Source: Nemertoderma westbladi
Lineage: Eukaryota > Animalia > Xenacoelomorpha
Direction of reading: 5' to 3'
NCBI GenBank assembly: GCA_032718475.1
Contig: JAUCBJ010002429.1
Location: forward strand, 1-64,000
DNA: 64,000 nucleotides
The notes under the pieces are model-generated. The model was not told the origin of the DNA. It did not search any database and saw only the letters and a list, made by a program, of their open reading frames with translations. Below, piece by piece: positions 1 through 14,100 of this stretch; the stretch's first letter is position 1; each line of letters opens with the position of its first letter. The position numbers and the translations under genes were made by a program.

Positions 1-169
1 AAGTTTTATTTATGTATTTTATCAATGTAAATATATTGTATTGTTTGCTAATCTAAATATACAATTAATAGATGACCTATAAATTCCATCCCCCGAATGA
101 TATAAAGTTTTTTTTTTACTATAAAATTATAATAATTAATTGTTTTAATTATGGGTATTATTATGTAAT

Positions 170-238
170 ACTACTAGGATCGGCATGCTGCATTGCAGCT
201 GCATTTTTAAGAATGCTGTGCCGGCTTAACGACAAAAA
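170..238 (-). mobile_element. Short 3'-end fragment of an RTE-clade LINE with (TAG)n tail
   Basis: Near-identical to 7790-7860 and to the reverse complement of 14040-14118, which directly follows an RTE ORF C-terminus and ends in TAGTAGTAG. Confidence 0.6.
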
Positions 239-366
239 AAATTGCACTGCCACAACTCCCCTATTTTAGTTTAGTTTAGTTTAGTTTATTTCGCCACACA
301 TGTTAAAATACATAAATACAACAAATAATTATACCTGGCATCAACTTATAAATACGCTACTGCGTG

Positions 367-690
367 TTACACGGGATTGTTGCTAAATAATAATACTCCA
401 CCACCTGATAGATTACGGTCACATCTAAATAGGTGGTAGGGCCCCAGGGATAATGCTTCGTCACAAAAACTTTCATCTACCCAAGTTTCAGTTATTGCAA
501 TAATATCCAGTTTTTGCATTCCCACTCTAACTTTTAGTTCGTTTAGTTTATTACGTACACATTGAGCATTGAGCATGTAATAGTCTTCTTCAAATTGTAG
601 CAGATGGGGATGAATATTATTGTTGCAATCAAAATTATACCTCTCCAGGGTAAAATCGACATGCGTCGACCTGTATTCTGTGTTCAGCAT
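367..690 (-). mobile_element. CR1/L2-group LINE AP-endonuclease N-terminal fragment
   Basis: ORF has LNAQCVRNK...DIIAITETW...YHLFRCDR...GGGVLLF, the typical start of a LINE APE domain; truncated. Confidence 0.8.
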
Positions 691-996
691 TACATATTGA
701 TATAATACATATTACTATACATATTACTATACATACTACAGATAGATATTATACATATACACACTACATATTAAATTTCCTGGTTACTTGCAATATTTTT
801 AATAGGATTTTGTTGAATTATATAACATTGTAGTAATTTATATATTAATTTGGTTAACATTCAATACTACGCCTACTCTATCCTATCTCTAATCCTACTC
901 TAGGCTTAGTCAATTTATTATCTGATGATACAAACATGAATTGATTATTTAAAAATGGTCTCAAAGTCTTTCACCACGGGCACTCAGGGAAATGCC

Positions 997-1510
997 GGGG
1001 TTTGGGGGCGGCAGCCCCCAACTAAAGACGCAGGGTTTTGGGGGCGGCAGCCCCCAAGAAAAGAAGCAGGGGTTTGGGGGCGGCAGCCCCCATGAAAAGA
1101 AGCAGGGGTTTGGGGGCGGCAGCCCCCAACTAAAGAAGCAGGGGTTTGGGGGCTGCAGCCCCCATGAAAAGAAGCAGGGGTTTGGGGGCGGCAGCCCCCA
1201 TGAAAAGAAGCAGGGGTTTGGGGGCGGCAGCCCCCAACTAAAGAAGCAGGGGTTTGGGGGCGGCAGCCCCCAAGAAAAGAAGCAGGGGTTTGGGGGCGGC
1301 AGCCCCCATGAAAAGAAGTAGGGGTTTGGGGGCGGCAGCCCCCAACTAAAGAAGCAGGGGTTTGGGGGCTGCAGCCCCCATGAAAATAAGCAGGGGTTTG
1401 GGGGCGGCAGCCCCCATGAAAAGAAGCAGGGGTTTGGGGGCGGCAGCCCCCATGAAAAGAAGCGGGGGGGGGGGGGGGGGGGGGGTTGGGGCGGGGGCGA
1501 CAGCCCCCAC
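997..1510. repeat. 36-bp G/C-rich minisatellite (~13 units) ending in a poly-G run
   Basis: Unit GAAGCAGGGGTTTGGGGGCGGCAGCCCCC+ATGAAAA/AACTAAA/AAGAAAA; internal GGGGG...CCCCC hairpin. Confidence 0.95.
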
Positions 1511-2143
1511 TTAAAAGAAAAACAAACAAAATTGTACAATAAAGATGTTTCTTATAATTTTGAAAAAACTTGACTAGATATAACATGTCCTGTAACCATT
1601 TTTAACTTTTGTTTATTTCTTTGATGCACCCAGATTAATTTTAACACTTTAATGGGGGGGAAGTGTCCGGGGGGGAAGTGTCCTACTTGGGCGGGGGGGA
1701 ACTGTCCGGGGGGGGGGGAGTGCCCTAGATCCACTTAAATGTATATTTACATAAATATTTCCATATCTTGCCTGGCACTCTGGCTTTGGTCTCTTTCAGT
1801 TGGTGCTGTTTAGTACGTAACTGCATACGTATACTGTATGTAGATATAACTACTTCAATTCATTTAATTAATATTTTATTAAAAACTGGTTTAAAAAAAT
1901 TTTAATCAAACACTCAAATATTAGAATGTTAAGGAATATCAGAATAAGAAATCTCCCGATGTTTTCTGAAGTCGATAATTTCTAAGCAATAATTGAATTC
2001 CAGCCCGGAAAATGATGTCTTTATACCGTGATGGAATTTTGACCTCCGAAGCTTAAAGTGGGCTGTTGTTATTGTAATAAATAATAATTTATTTCTAGAA
2101 TTTTAAAGAAAAAAAGCAAATTAAATGTATTAAAATAAATTAC

Positions 2144-5100
2144 CTTGGATGCAACGATATCTTTAATGATCTCTATGTTACTATCAGTTAACATATCGTG
2201 GTATATAATTATTGGAGTCGGTTCTGGATGTATCAACTCCTCTTTAAGTGGCTTTAACAACAACCTCGGGTTGTTTCCTTTGTTGTTGTATCGGCAGATT
2301 TGGAATCGCTTTACTTCGTCTGACTAAAAATAAATATATTAATTATTATTTAATAGTGTTTTATATATACGTTATGTTTAATAATATTAATATAATATTT
2401 ATTTATTTAAATGCATAGAAACTTACCACTTTGTAGTCCGGGTGACCTTGGCAACCCATTCTGTACAGTCTATGACCCTGATACGGCTCATATATTGTGT
2501 AGTTTTTGGGATTTGGGTTCTGTTTAGCTCTGGCGACGTTACCCAACACAACTTCGTTGTTGGGTTCTAAATAGGATGTAAATACATAATAATCAGTGTC
2601 AGAATAATAATTTATATATTTCATTTGATTTTGGCATTGACATATAGCTTACTATGTTATTAATAAGGGTTTGTGCATATCAAATATAGCCTACTACAAT
2701 GTTATTAATAATAAGATTTGTGCATATCAAATATAGCCCACTACATGTTATTAATAATATTGACACAAATATTATTATTATATCTACATAGAATTGGAGG
2801 GAATATTATCCAAATCCATAAAACCAAAATTAAATATAAAACTGCACCAGCAACCCACCACCAATCAGAACAAAACAATTAAGACAATAAAATTTAACAT
2901 ACAATTAAAAATGGTGCACCGTGAATTAATAATGGTCTGCGAGGTCATTCCCCCGCAGACCCGCACCATCTCCAAAGCCCAGCGCCCTCCAGGGACGCCG
3001 GCCACCACGCAAACAGAGGGAGTTGGAGCGGAGGAGCGCGAACTGAAGCCGCCTCCGAACTCCGAACTTAATTGTTATTAATAATAAGATTTAATGGTCA
3101 TGTTTTAATAGTCTGAATTAATTTTTATTTATCTATTTATTCTTAGTTTTACTGTAAATTATGTACGTTTTATTGCTCCAAAATGGTTTGGATTAAAGAA
3201 ACAATATTCAATAATAAGATTTGTGCCTATCAAATAGTCTAGTTTTGTTAATATTTCAGAAATATTCTTACTTACTTTTGAAAAAAATAATTATATATGG
3301 TTTAAGAAGGAGGTAGGTTAAACTAGTATCTCTGTTTCTAATTTCATGTAATAGTAGAATGGTTGTAGAGAAATGGGGGCGGTGGGCATGTCACTGAATT
3401 TATTACATCCACCAATCACTTTCTGCAAATTCTTGTGTCTCTAGATGGAAGTTTATCATTTCTCGCGGTTTTATTTCTGATCCTAGGAACAGTCCTTCAT
3501 CCGCGCTCACTATGGAACACCCCCATATATTATTTGTTTTCATCTACCTGGTCCTTAGGGGTGAAAGTATATGTTTCAGTGGTATTTCCTTTAAAACCGC
3601 AGAGGTTCCAACCCATTATAGTCGCATCCACTTAAAGGGCATCTTCTGGTTTCATGGATGAAACTGTATCACCTATTTGTAAGTGGAGATCTGGCCTATT
3701 ATGGGGCTATTCTTGTTGACATCTATAAAACTGGGCATCTCAAATCTACATTTTTGCGATCGAATGTATGAGGGAGGGGTCCACCTGAATTCCAGTTGAC
3801 ACGCATGTCTTGGTCGCAGTTGTTGTTGGTGGGGGGAATGGTTGAAGTACTCGGATCAAGTGGAATACCGGCGCCCGAGTCCTTTTCAGGTTCACGCACC
3901 TCCATTCGCTCGATAATTGGATCTGCACCACCTTCTGAATACCTTTCCTTATCGTATTGCCCATACTGACCATGAAAATGCACAGGCATCCCTTCCGAGT
4001 CCTTTTCAGGCTCATACCGGGCACCATGACTTCCCTGGCTGATCTCCAATGGTCCACCGGAAGGTATTTTATGATGGGAAATCCGACTGGGAAAGTGCAT
4101 AGGCATCCTTTCCGAGTCCTTTTGGCTCGTACCTGGCGCTATGACTTCCCTGCTTGTTAGCGCATTTGATAAAAAATATATTTCTTTCCATCTCAATTTC
4201 TAAAAAATGTGACTCCTTGCCAATTTCGCTGAAAATACATGCAGGTAGGTTATAACTGTCTAGTCTGATACAATGAACGGAATGGCGCTAGTATACCTTC
4301 AACGAAGGGCCGTTCACTGGATCGATTTATTTTACCCTTATTCCTTTTCGTGTATTGATTTGCTCTATATTTCACTTAGTTGAATACGGTATTTGATCAT
4401 CTATTATATTTAACTGAGATAAGATACCGGGGAGGGTGTGGCAACACAGTATAACAAGCAAATAACTGACTAATTAATTCTGTAAGGACTCAAGTCTGGC
4501 AATTGTTTTTCCCTTTAGAGGAAACGTATTGTAACTTGTCTTTAGTCTAATTATATTGATATCGCTACAGTAATCAATTTGTGACAACTTTCAATCGTGA
4601 TATAGTTAATAATAAGAGCTTTGCTTACAATAATGGTCTGAAATATCGCCATATATTAATTATTTAGTGTAAGTCAGAGGTACGACGACACACAAATCTG
4701 ATGCAATTGTCCAGATTATCACTGATACTTCATTATAGTGACCCACCTGTTGTGGCGCGTGTAAAACTTTCTTAATTCCATAATATCGGCGATATATTAA
4801 GCAAATAATGACAGCAAATTGAGTTTAACAGCAGAATATCAGATATAACAATACGTAAACACTGGTCCTCTTCTGGGATGGATTCTAGGGATATGGGCGA
4901 GAGGTTGGAGATTTGGAGGGTAGGTTTCTGGGTGGCGGGTTCCTCGAAGGGAAGGGTTTTCTCCAACTCGGGGATAGGGATGGGTTCATATTCCCTTTCG
5001 ATCCCTTTTTCCTAATCTTGCCCCCAATGATACTTCGTCTGTTCTTCTGCTTCTTGTTTTAGCATCTTAGTATGTGGTTGTGGTATGTATTCATCATCCA

Positions 5101-8100
5101 ATCTAGCCCTCATAGATTTGACTTTCCGTGATTCTGCCTTCCTCCTATGACGCTTCGCCTGTTTTTCTGCTTCCCTTTCCTTTTGGTTTGTTTGTATTCT
5201 GATTAACGTGTTTTCCACAATATCTAGGTCACTGTTGAACTGTGTGAATGCATTCTCTATTCGCACCCGAAAAGATTGGACTTTCTTACTCCATTCTGAA
5301 CCACTTGTCTTTGAGGTATCTGAGCTCCTGATGCTGTACACTGAGGATTCCATACGACAGTCATTCCGACTGGTTGTAGGTGTGTCGCTGTATATCATTC
5401 CAGTGCTGCTCGTACCGTGGCATAGAAGCGTTCCTCGTAGCTCTCGTATTGGGATTGGATGACTTATAGGATGATTCTAAACTGTCCCAGATTCGTTCCC
5501 TGTACCTCAACTTCGATGTTCTAGATTCCTTCCTTGACTTGGGTTAACTCGATTGGTGTGATGGATACTTCCATTCGTTGTTGAAATTGTTAGATAATAG
5601 ATGTAGTCGACTAGTGTCTGTAGATAAATTAGATTATAGTTTAAACACTCTTTACCAAACTTGTATTTTCACCAACTTTCCTTTGTGTTTACGTGCTGGT
5701 GAATCATGGAAGTTTTGTTGCTGTGTTCGAAATTCCGCTGGTTTATCCTTATTGGAATATTGATTCGAATCAATATCCACCTCTAATATTTGGAATTTTG
5801 TTGTCGTCAATTCTCAATCATGAGAATGACGCTGATGTAAGTTCAAGAGGGTTTGCGATCTCAAGAAACTTTTCACCAGTATTCGCTGTTGGGGTGAATG
5901 TTGGATAATGCAGGTCGAAAAGAAAAAGAACGAGTTGGGTTGAACATCAATTTTATTCGTAATGATCTAGTTCTCTTAGCTGATTATTTTCTGATTCGGT
6001 TCTCCCCATATACATAGAATATACACAATTAATGGAATAATAATAATAAACCTACAGTACAAAATAATTTAAAAGGGCAGCTGAATTTACTTTTAGATGG
6101 TATTTTACCCCCCAAACGTGATACCCGTCTGTCCAGTCCTCGTCTATCAGAAGTCATTCTGAAGTCCGTCGAGAGTCTGTCAGGTTGGCGAGGGAATGCA
6201 GCAGCTATGCTGCATACCGCTCAGACGGGTTGGCGTCTGTTGGGTGTCTGTCCATCGTGTCATTGTGGGAATGCAATAGTTGGGCTCCATACCACTCCAC
6301 CGGGTTAGCGGTAGGTCGGCCCGCTGTGTACCACTCCGTCCCTCGCAATCCCTTTAGGAGTTGGTCCTAAGGCAAGTCAAGCGGCTTAGCTCGGGGTCTG
6401 TCAGTCCCTGACGGTGCCTTTTGTCAAATGAACTGCAATGCATTTTCAGGCTCATACTTACACTAACCAGCGCACCGTTCGGGTGGTCCAAAGTCCATCC
6501 GTGCATTCTAGTCCTCTGACGCCTTTTCAGGCTGGTACTTACATCAACCAGTGCACCACTCATATGTTCTGAAGTCCCTGTCCCATTCCCTCGCGGTGCC
6601 TAGCGTCGCCTAGCCCTGAGTCCTTTTTAGGCTCATGACACTCTAACCGCCACCATTCAGGGTTCACGCCCTTACAGTGACTATTGTCAAACGTACTACA
6701 ACTCCTTTTCAGGCTCGTACTTATGCCGACCAGAGCACTCCTCGGGCAGTTGTCCCTTCGCACTAGCCTAGGCTTGGCGGTCAGGAAATCTACCTGAAGA
6801 CACTTGTACTTGTTTCTTGGAACTTCAAGCCCTTTTTTAACCTTGGGGTTCTGACGGTTTGTCAGTCAGTTGTCCGACAAAACCGCCATAAAGTCAGTAA
6901 TTTTCATTTTATGAATTTCTAGATTTTTGGCATGTGGTGCCTGGGACTTTTTGGATTATTCATTGTAGTGTTTATTAATTTAATATATTCCCGGCACCAA
7001 AATGTGAAATAACGTGAAAAAGCACCCTGTATATATACATAAATACAGTTACACTAACAGTGTATTGCGTATTGGCTACTGGTATCAATATTAGGCCTAC
7101 TTGAACTTTGCCTACAACAGCCACCACCCCGTATATACACTAACAGTGTATTGGCTACTGGTATCAATATTAGGCCTACTTGAACTTTACCTATAGCCAG
7201 CAGAAGATTTGCATAGTAGACACCTTCCTTATTCTGCCCGTTCTGGAAATAACTGTATTGCAAGAAATCATATAAGACTTTTTTATCAATAGTTGCCTCT
7301 TCCATTGTAGCTTCCTCCATTATCTGTTTCCTTAATCCTTCTTTCAACCATTCAATCTCTTTGTTATAATATAATCTCGCTTGGGCTGTTTGAGCAACTT
7401 GGAATAAATCATTAGCTGAAATATATATACAATATATTTAATTATAATTTTGTATTATTAATGACTTAATTATTTAGTTTTAGTTAGTTTAGTTTATTGA
7501 CGATATAATTAAAATATCACCAACATTATTATAATTGATCTCAAACAATTATACAAACTCTAAACCAATACAGAAACTGTATGGGATGGAAAATCGTAAC
7601 AAATTTGAAACCCTTCCAATGTGGGCCAAGACACGAAAGTAAGCGAGCTTATCATACGGGTACCACGAACTCAATCGGTGTCTCAGTTGTTATGTCGTGT
7701 CCAATTTTAAATATTGTACAGTACATTGTACAGTGTGCATTGTACTTGACAAAGTGAACTGACGTAGCTTCTTAAATACTACTAGTACTGTACTACTAGG
7801 ATCGGCATGCTGCATTGCAGCTGCATTTTTAAGAATGCTGTGCTGGCTTGTCGACAAAATTGCCAGTAAGTGGAGCCAGTAGGTGGGGTTACCATCACCC
7901 CATCAATATTATGATGATTTGCATAGAACATAGTCAACAACAATTATGAACAAGAATGGTGCATAGGTGCAAGTGTGTCTCCTTGGAGGACTCCCCATAA
8001 TACTTAAAATGGTTCTGTGTCACCATCAACAGTAGACACAAATGTTGTCGAACCATCGTATACTGATCGGATTTCTGCAATAATTTCTTCAGGAATCCCA

Positions 8101-11100
8101 TATAATGAAAGTATGCTGAACATACGTGAGCGAGAGACTGAATCAAAGGCCTTGAAGAAGTCAACAAAGATAACAGCCAGCCTGTCTTTCTTTTTGATAA
8201 AACTTCAATTAATTTAAGTGCCAAAATGTGCTCCATGGTCCCACGACCTTTACGGAACCCATTCTGATTTCCACGGAGCAGTCTCTCAATGGGATCCCTG
8301 ATGCGATTTAATAGAATTCTATTGTATAGCTTTGCAGCAATCGAGATCAATGAGATTCCACGAAACAAACCATAGAGTATTAGGTTGCCCTTCTTCGGAA
8401 CTGGCACCAACTTAATTGTTTTCATTTCTTGTGGGACTCTTGTTGTTATGTACATGTCTAGTATGATGGGATAGATGAGCTTTAAAAACTCAGGAATTTT
8501 AAACACCTCAGGGGGAACACCATTTACTCCACTGGCACGATTGGTCTTCATGCTCTTTGCAGCAGCCTTCACTTCTGCAAAGGAGATATCACCAATGGGA
8601 ATATCTGGGAGTACAGACTCAGACACTTTTACTTCTATAAAGTTATCAGGCAATACCCTGTCATTATTGAGGAGCTTTTCAAAGAGGGCCTTCCAACCAT
8701 TGAGGCGATTGGCTGGTGATTCAGCTTTAACCTTGGTAGTTGGTTGGCATTTCCACCCAGTAAGCAGATTGATCGATTTCCATGCCTGGGATGATTGCCT
8801 GCTGTCGTCAGCATCATTGATGGCATCAACCTGTTGGTTTATTAGCTCCTGTAGATTAACAGAGTACTGCCTGTTAAGGGACCTAGATGCAGTCTTAACT
8901 GCGTGGCCGCTGTAGTCTGTTTGAGTCGGGACTCTTTCTGCGCCTTATGTAGAGGTCATTTCGGCACTTCTGAATTTTGTGGTCAGTCCAGCGGGCCCTT
9001 TTCCTGTTTCGAGGGTATACAGGAACTGTTTCTGCAGCTGCTAACTTAACTGCTTCTGTGAAGGCAATATAGCCCTTCTTATTCTTGAATAAGTGCCATC
9101 CAGAGATTTTGTATTCTCTTCAGTTAGAGCCCAGAATGCACTCCCATAAAGGAGTAAGCCTACTTTGGTTCTATTTCTGACCTAAATAATTGAACCTGGA
9201 GATACCGTTTTATTCTATGAGTTTTCCTTCCTAATCCAGGACCGTCCGCTGCTTATTTCTTTCCCTTACGTATCCAAAACTGTTGAGCCGTTGAGCTAAC
9301 CCACCCCCCCCCCCCCTCCCACCCCTCCCAATTATCTAATCTACAAAATATCTACCGAATATTAAAAAAATAAAATCTCTATATCAATGATTCTTGTTAC
9401 ACAAAATGAACTCGAATTGGTTACCTGTTAGTCCTTGAGCAGCTGATTCACCAAGGACTGTCCCCTCAGACAGCTGTTTAACCGGTATATCGTACACCTC
9501 GTTGATTCTCATTAGCACGTAGGCCGCTTTCTCAACTTCTTTAGCACCAGGAACTTGATTTCGGTAAAATTCAGGTAATTCCATAAAAAAATCTAAAATA
9601 ATTATACAGCACAATAATTAAAAAGCAATTGTACTCAAACTACTACTACTAGGTCGAGCGAACTCGGACAGTGGAAATGAGATCTTTCCAGGCTTCCCGA
9701 TTCTCCAACTACTACTAGGTCGAGCGAATTCGGACAGTGGAAATGATATCCTTCCAGGCTTCCCGATTCTCCAACTACTACTAGGTCGAGCGAATTCGGA
9801 CAGTGGAAATGATATCCTTCCAGGCTTCCCGATTCTACTACTACTACTAGGTCGAGCGAATTCGGACAGTGGAAATGATATCTACTACTTCTGCGATCTT
9901 GAAGTGTGAATCCCAGATCTTCACCCTTTGTGGCCATCCTCATTGCGTAATCCAGCACAATTACAATCACAATTACAATTGTATTCTTAAATTGTTACTT
10001 TTTGCTTGAAAATACCCCATAATCGGGAAAAAATAAGTTATCATCATGATTTTACTTTTTTCCTTGCGAAAAAAGTAAAATAAAATATTTTTGGTTGAAT
10101 TTTGTAAATTTTATTACTTGTGTTGACGGAGTTTTGACGTAGAAAAGTCTAACAAGTAATTTGAGTCCACATCTGTCTCCACAGGAGTTCTGTGATGGTC
10201 TGGCAGTGCGGTACGGTAGACCCCTCCTGGGAGTGCCGAGCCGTTGTGATGGGTGCGGGGCCGCATTCGACCTGAACCATGGGTTGAACTGCAAGAAGGG
10301 CGGCCTCGTGATCCAACGTCACAATGAGTTGCGGAACACCGTTGGCGACCTCACTGTGCTCGCGTTCGGGCCACGCAACGTCACGTTGGAGCCCGTGGTG
10401 CAGGAGCAGCTGGAGGGGGGAGACGTGGCTGGGCTGCGGTGTGACGTGGGGGTGCGGGGCGCGTTTAACATACAGACTCAGGCGTTGTTTGATATTCGAT
10501 CAACCAATCTTGACGCCGGGTCGTACGTTAACCGCGCCTCCATGTCCGTGTTGGAATCCGCGGAAGACGAGAAGAAACGGCTTTATTTGGCCGCAGTAAC
10601 CACTCGTCGTGGAGACTTCTCGCCTTTCGTGGTTTCCTGCGATGGTGTGTTGGCCCCGCAGGCGAACAGATTCCTGCGGATAATCGCGGACAGATTGCAC
10701 CGCTCGTGGGGTGAGCCTTACTCGTCCGTTATGGGTTGGGTACGCTCGCGAGTGCTGTTTGCGGTTGTCCATGGGACCTCCCACTGCCTGCGCAGGTCGC
10801 GCACCAAGTGGGGCAGCGGCCTGGACTGGAGGGTGGTGCCGGCCTACCTTCACAGCCGTAGCCAGGTAGCTGGTCGGTTGGTTGGGTGTGTAGTTGTAGG
10901 TCTATAGGTTGGACAATATGTTTTACAGTTTAAATTTCCCAAGTCAAATTTAAATTGTCTGTCCGTTATATATACTGTATTTCATTTGATAGGTTGTTCT
11001 GGTGGTGGGATTTTTAGAGATTCTTGATTAATAAAAGAGACAGGTTTAGCTTTTATCAGCACATTGTAAATAAAAAAAAAGTAATTTGAGAAAAATCCAT

Positions 11101-14100
11101 TCACACACTCAAAAGTTATTACAACTTTAGTGTAGGTAAGGCGTCGGGGCCAACTCCAAAACGGAACTCAATATCCAATATTGGTTTATGTAGTTAAGAG
11201 GCTCTAATTATCGGTTACGTAATAAATGTTCGAGAACATTAAATTATTTAACATTGAGTAAGGCAGCATCAAGAGTTGGAGAGTGAAATAATTAGAATCG
11301 CATTAAAACTATGGAAGCAATAGTAAAATATTTCAGTTGAATCAACTTTGTAACACTATATCGCTCGCTATCTTTTATTAGAGAATTGAGCAACAAAAGA
11401 GTACCAATTTTAATGTACATATGTTTACGTATTACATAACGTAGATTTTTTCAATATTCTTCTTGTGAAAAAGTTATACTTTTTTCCCAAGTAATAAATT
11501 CAATTATTGAATATTGATATCTACAAATCGTAACTGTGTAAAAACTGTGTGCTCACACAGTGCAGTATGTACTTTACTGTAGATCTATCTATTTATATGT
11601 CCGTAACATAAAGTAAGAAGCCATGTGAATTAAAATTTGTGTGATCATGTTAATAATGCAAGTGATTAATGTAATACAGTAGTGGACTCCTAAATGTTGC
11701 AGTTCGCGGTTTTCAATTTGGTACAAACTAGACAAAGTGAATGTTGCTACTGATTCAAAATTACATAATACAGGGGAAAACAATTGAAGCTAATTACTTG
11801 TGTGCTGTCTTATATCATTAGGCCTACTCTAGTAACCAAATTCACATGCATTGTATTACACGAAGTGGGGCCTTCGCGCAGCACGTGACTTAAATTTAAT
11901 TTAAGTACTAATTCGAAAGTATTACTGTATTAGCAAATTTTAAGCAGATTTCGCCTAATCACTTTTTACCTCTTTCATTTCTATTCATACATTTCTGACT
12001 CTAGCGGTATAATGAGAACTGAAGATGGATTAGGGTCTCCAGCCCCACAAAGACACAGCCTATGGATGAATAGTACATACGTACATCGGCCAAGTTTCAT
12101 CTTGAATAACGGATAACGAAATGAGAGACGGATCTCACTTTCAGAAATTTCGTCGTATAGCGGCAGACCGATTAAATCTCTCCCCCCCCCCCCCCCCCCC
12201 CCCACAAAGACGCAGCATGTGTTCCAGAATATATGGCAAGATTCAGCTTAAACTGATTAAAATCAATGAGACGGGAGAATCTATTCACTTTCAGGCATAA
12301 AGTAGTCCTATAGCGGGTGACTGTTGAACTGATTTTCAACAAAACAAATTTTAAACTTGGCAGCTTTAAATTCGACAAAGTTATAAGCATGTCAATATCA
12401 TAACGACGACAACGATTTCACTTTCAGACATTTGGCCCTCTAGCGGCAGACTGGAGAACTGCAGATGGATTCGCCTCCTTTGAAAGTCACAGCTAATGGT
12501 CTAATACATATCTGCCAAGTTTCAGCTTAAACAGATTAAAAGCAAAGAAATGGGAGGGCGTTTAATGTTTAGACATGTGGCCCTCTAGCGGGAGACCATT
12601 GCACTGATGATGTCTGAAAGTCTCTCAAAAATCTCAACTTTAGCTCATATTGATACCTACAAATTTTCAACTTGGCAACTTTAAATCCGACAAAGTTATT
12701 AGCATGTCAAAATCGTAACGACGACAACGATTTCACTTTCAGATCTTTGGCCCTCTAGCGGCAGACTGGAGAACTGCAGATGGATTCGCCTCATTTGAAA
12801 GTCACAGCTAATGGTCTAATACATATCTGTCAAGTTTCAGCTTAAACGGATTAAAAGCAAAGAAATGGGAGGGCATTTAATGTTTAGACATGTGGCCCTC
12901 TAGCGGGAGACCATTGCACTGATGGTGTCTGAAAGTCTCTCAAAAATCTCAACTTTTGCTCATATTGATACCTACAAATTTTCAACTTGGCAGCTTTAAA
13001 TCCGACAAAGTTATTAGCATGTCAAAATCGTAACGACGACGACGACGACGACGACAACGACGACGACGACGACGACGACAACGACGACGACGACGACGAC
13101 AACTATTTGCATAAATTGACCCACCCCCTAACAGTGTCAATTCGCTAAGGCTCCGCCAACTTCGTGGCTCGCCCCACATGGTCTTTGGCTGATATTTAAT
13201 TACTTGGGTTTTGCAGTATTATCTCAGATAATGATCCCTTAATTAAATTAGTTTAATTTAATATATTAGTAGATCTTCAGATGTTGTTTGTTACCTTCAG
13301 AATGCAGATGCAATAATTATTCTTTAGTTTTATTATCTAATTTTTTATTGCTCTATCACGCTTTTATAACTTACCTACATTATTCTTTACCCTCATGGCC
13401 TCTCTCAACTGTTGCCATGGTTTCTCAGCCAACCTCCGCACCAAATGCAGCAACCTAATTGGATGATTCCAATAGTCTGCCAGATCCCCGTCGTATGATT
13501 TCGCCCTTTCGTGATCTTTACTGATATCCGCTGCTGTGATTTTCCTGATTACGAAATAATAACAAAATTATCAGCGTTTCTGGCTCACGTATTCCCAACC
13601 TTACAAGGAACAACTCTTGAACTCAATGTTGGAGTTCTGTAGGTTTTTGGAAAGTAAAATTTTGTAGGAAGTACAGTAGTTTATCTATTGAGTAAAACTT
13701 ACCAGGAATTTCCAGATAGACCATATTGCACTTGTGGACTGTTACTACTTCCTGGAGAATTGTTAACGCCAACATTCATGTAATGTATATATTTCCTGGG
13801 ATAATTAAAATATTAAATAATAATGTCTCATTGGTTCCACGAAGCTTGACACTAGAACAAAATTTGCTTTCGCCGTGAGGACCAGCCAGTGCATAATCTT
13901 GTACTTTGGCAGCCTCATGGAGTGAATAAGCATGGTGGACAGCCCATGACTTTCTTGAGACGCATCTTAAAGGACACTGGCCTTGAAGATGCGGATGATC
14001 TAGCAAATGTCATGGGTGATAGGGAGTTGTGGCGGCGCAATTTTGTCGACAAGCCGGCACAGCATTCTTAAAAATGTAGCTGCAATGCAGTATGCCGATC

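Noticed and set aside
961-1586. Repetitive ORFs (FFSWGLPPPNPC, HGGCRPQTPAS, QGFGGGSP)
   Set aside because: Open frames are by-products of a 36-bp tandem unit; no splice or start context
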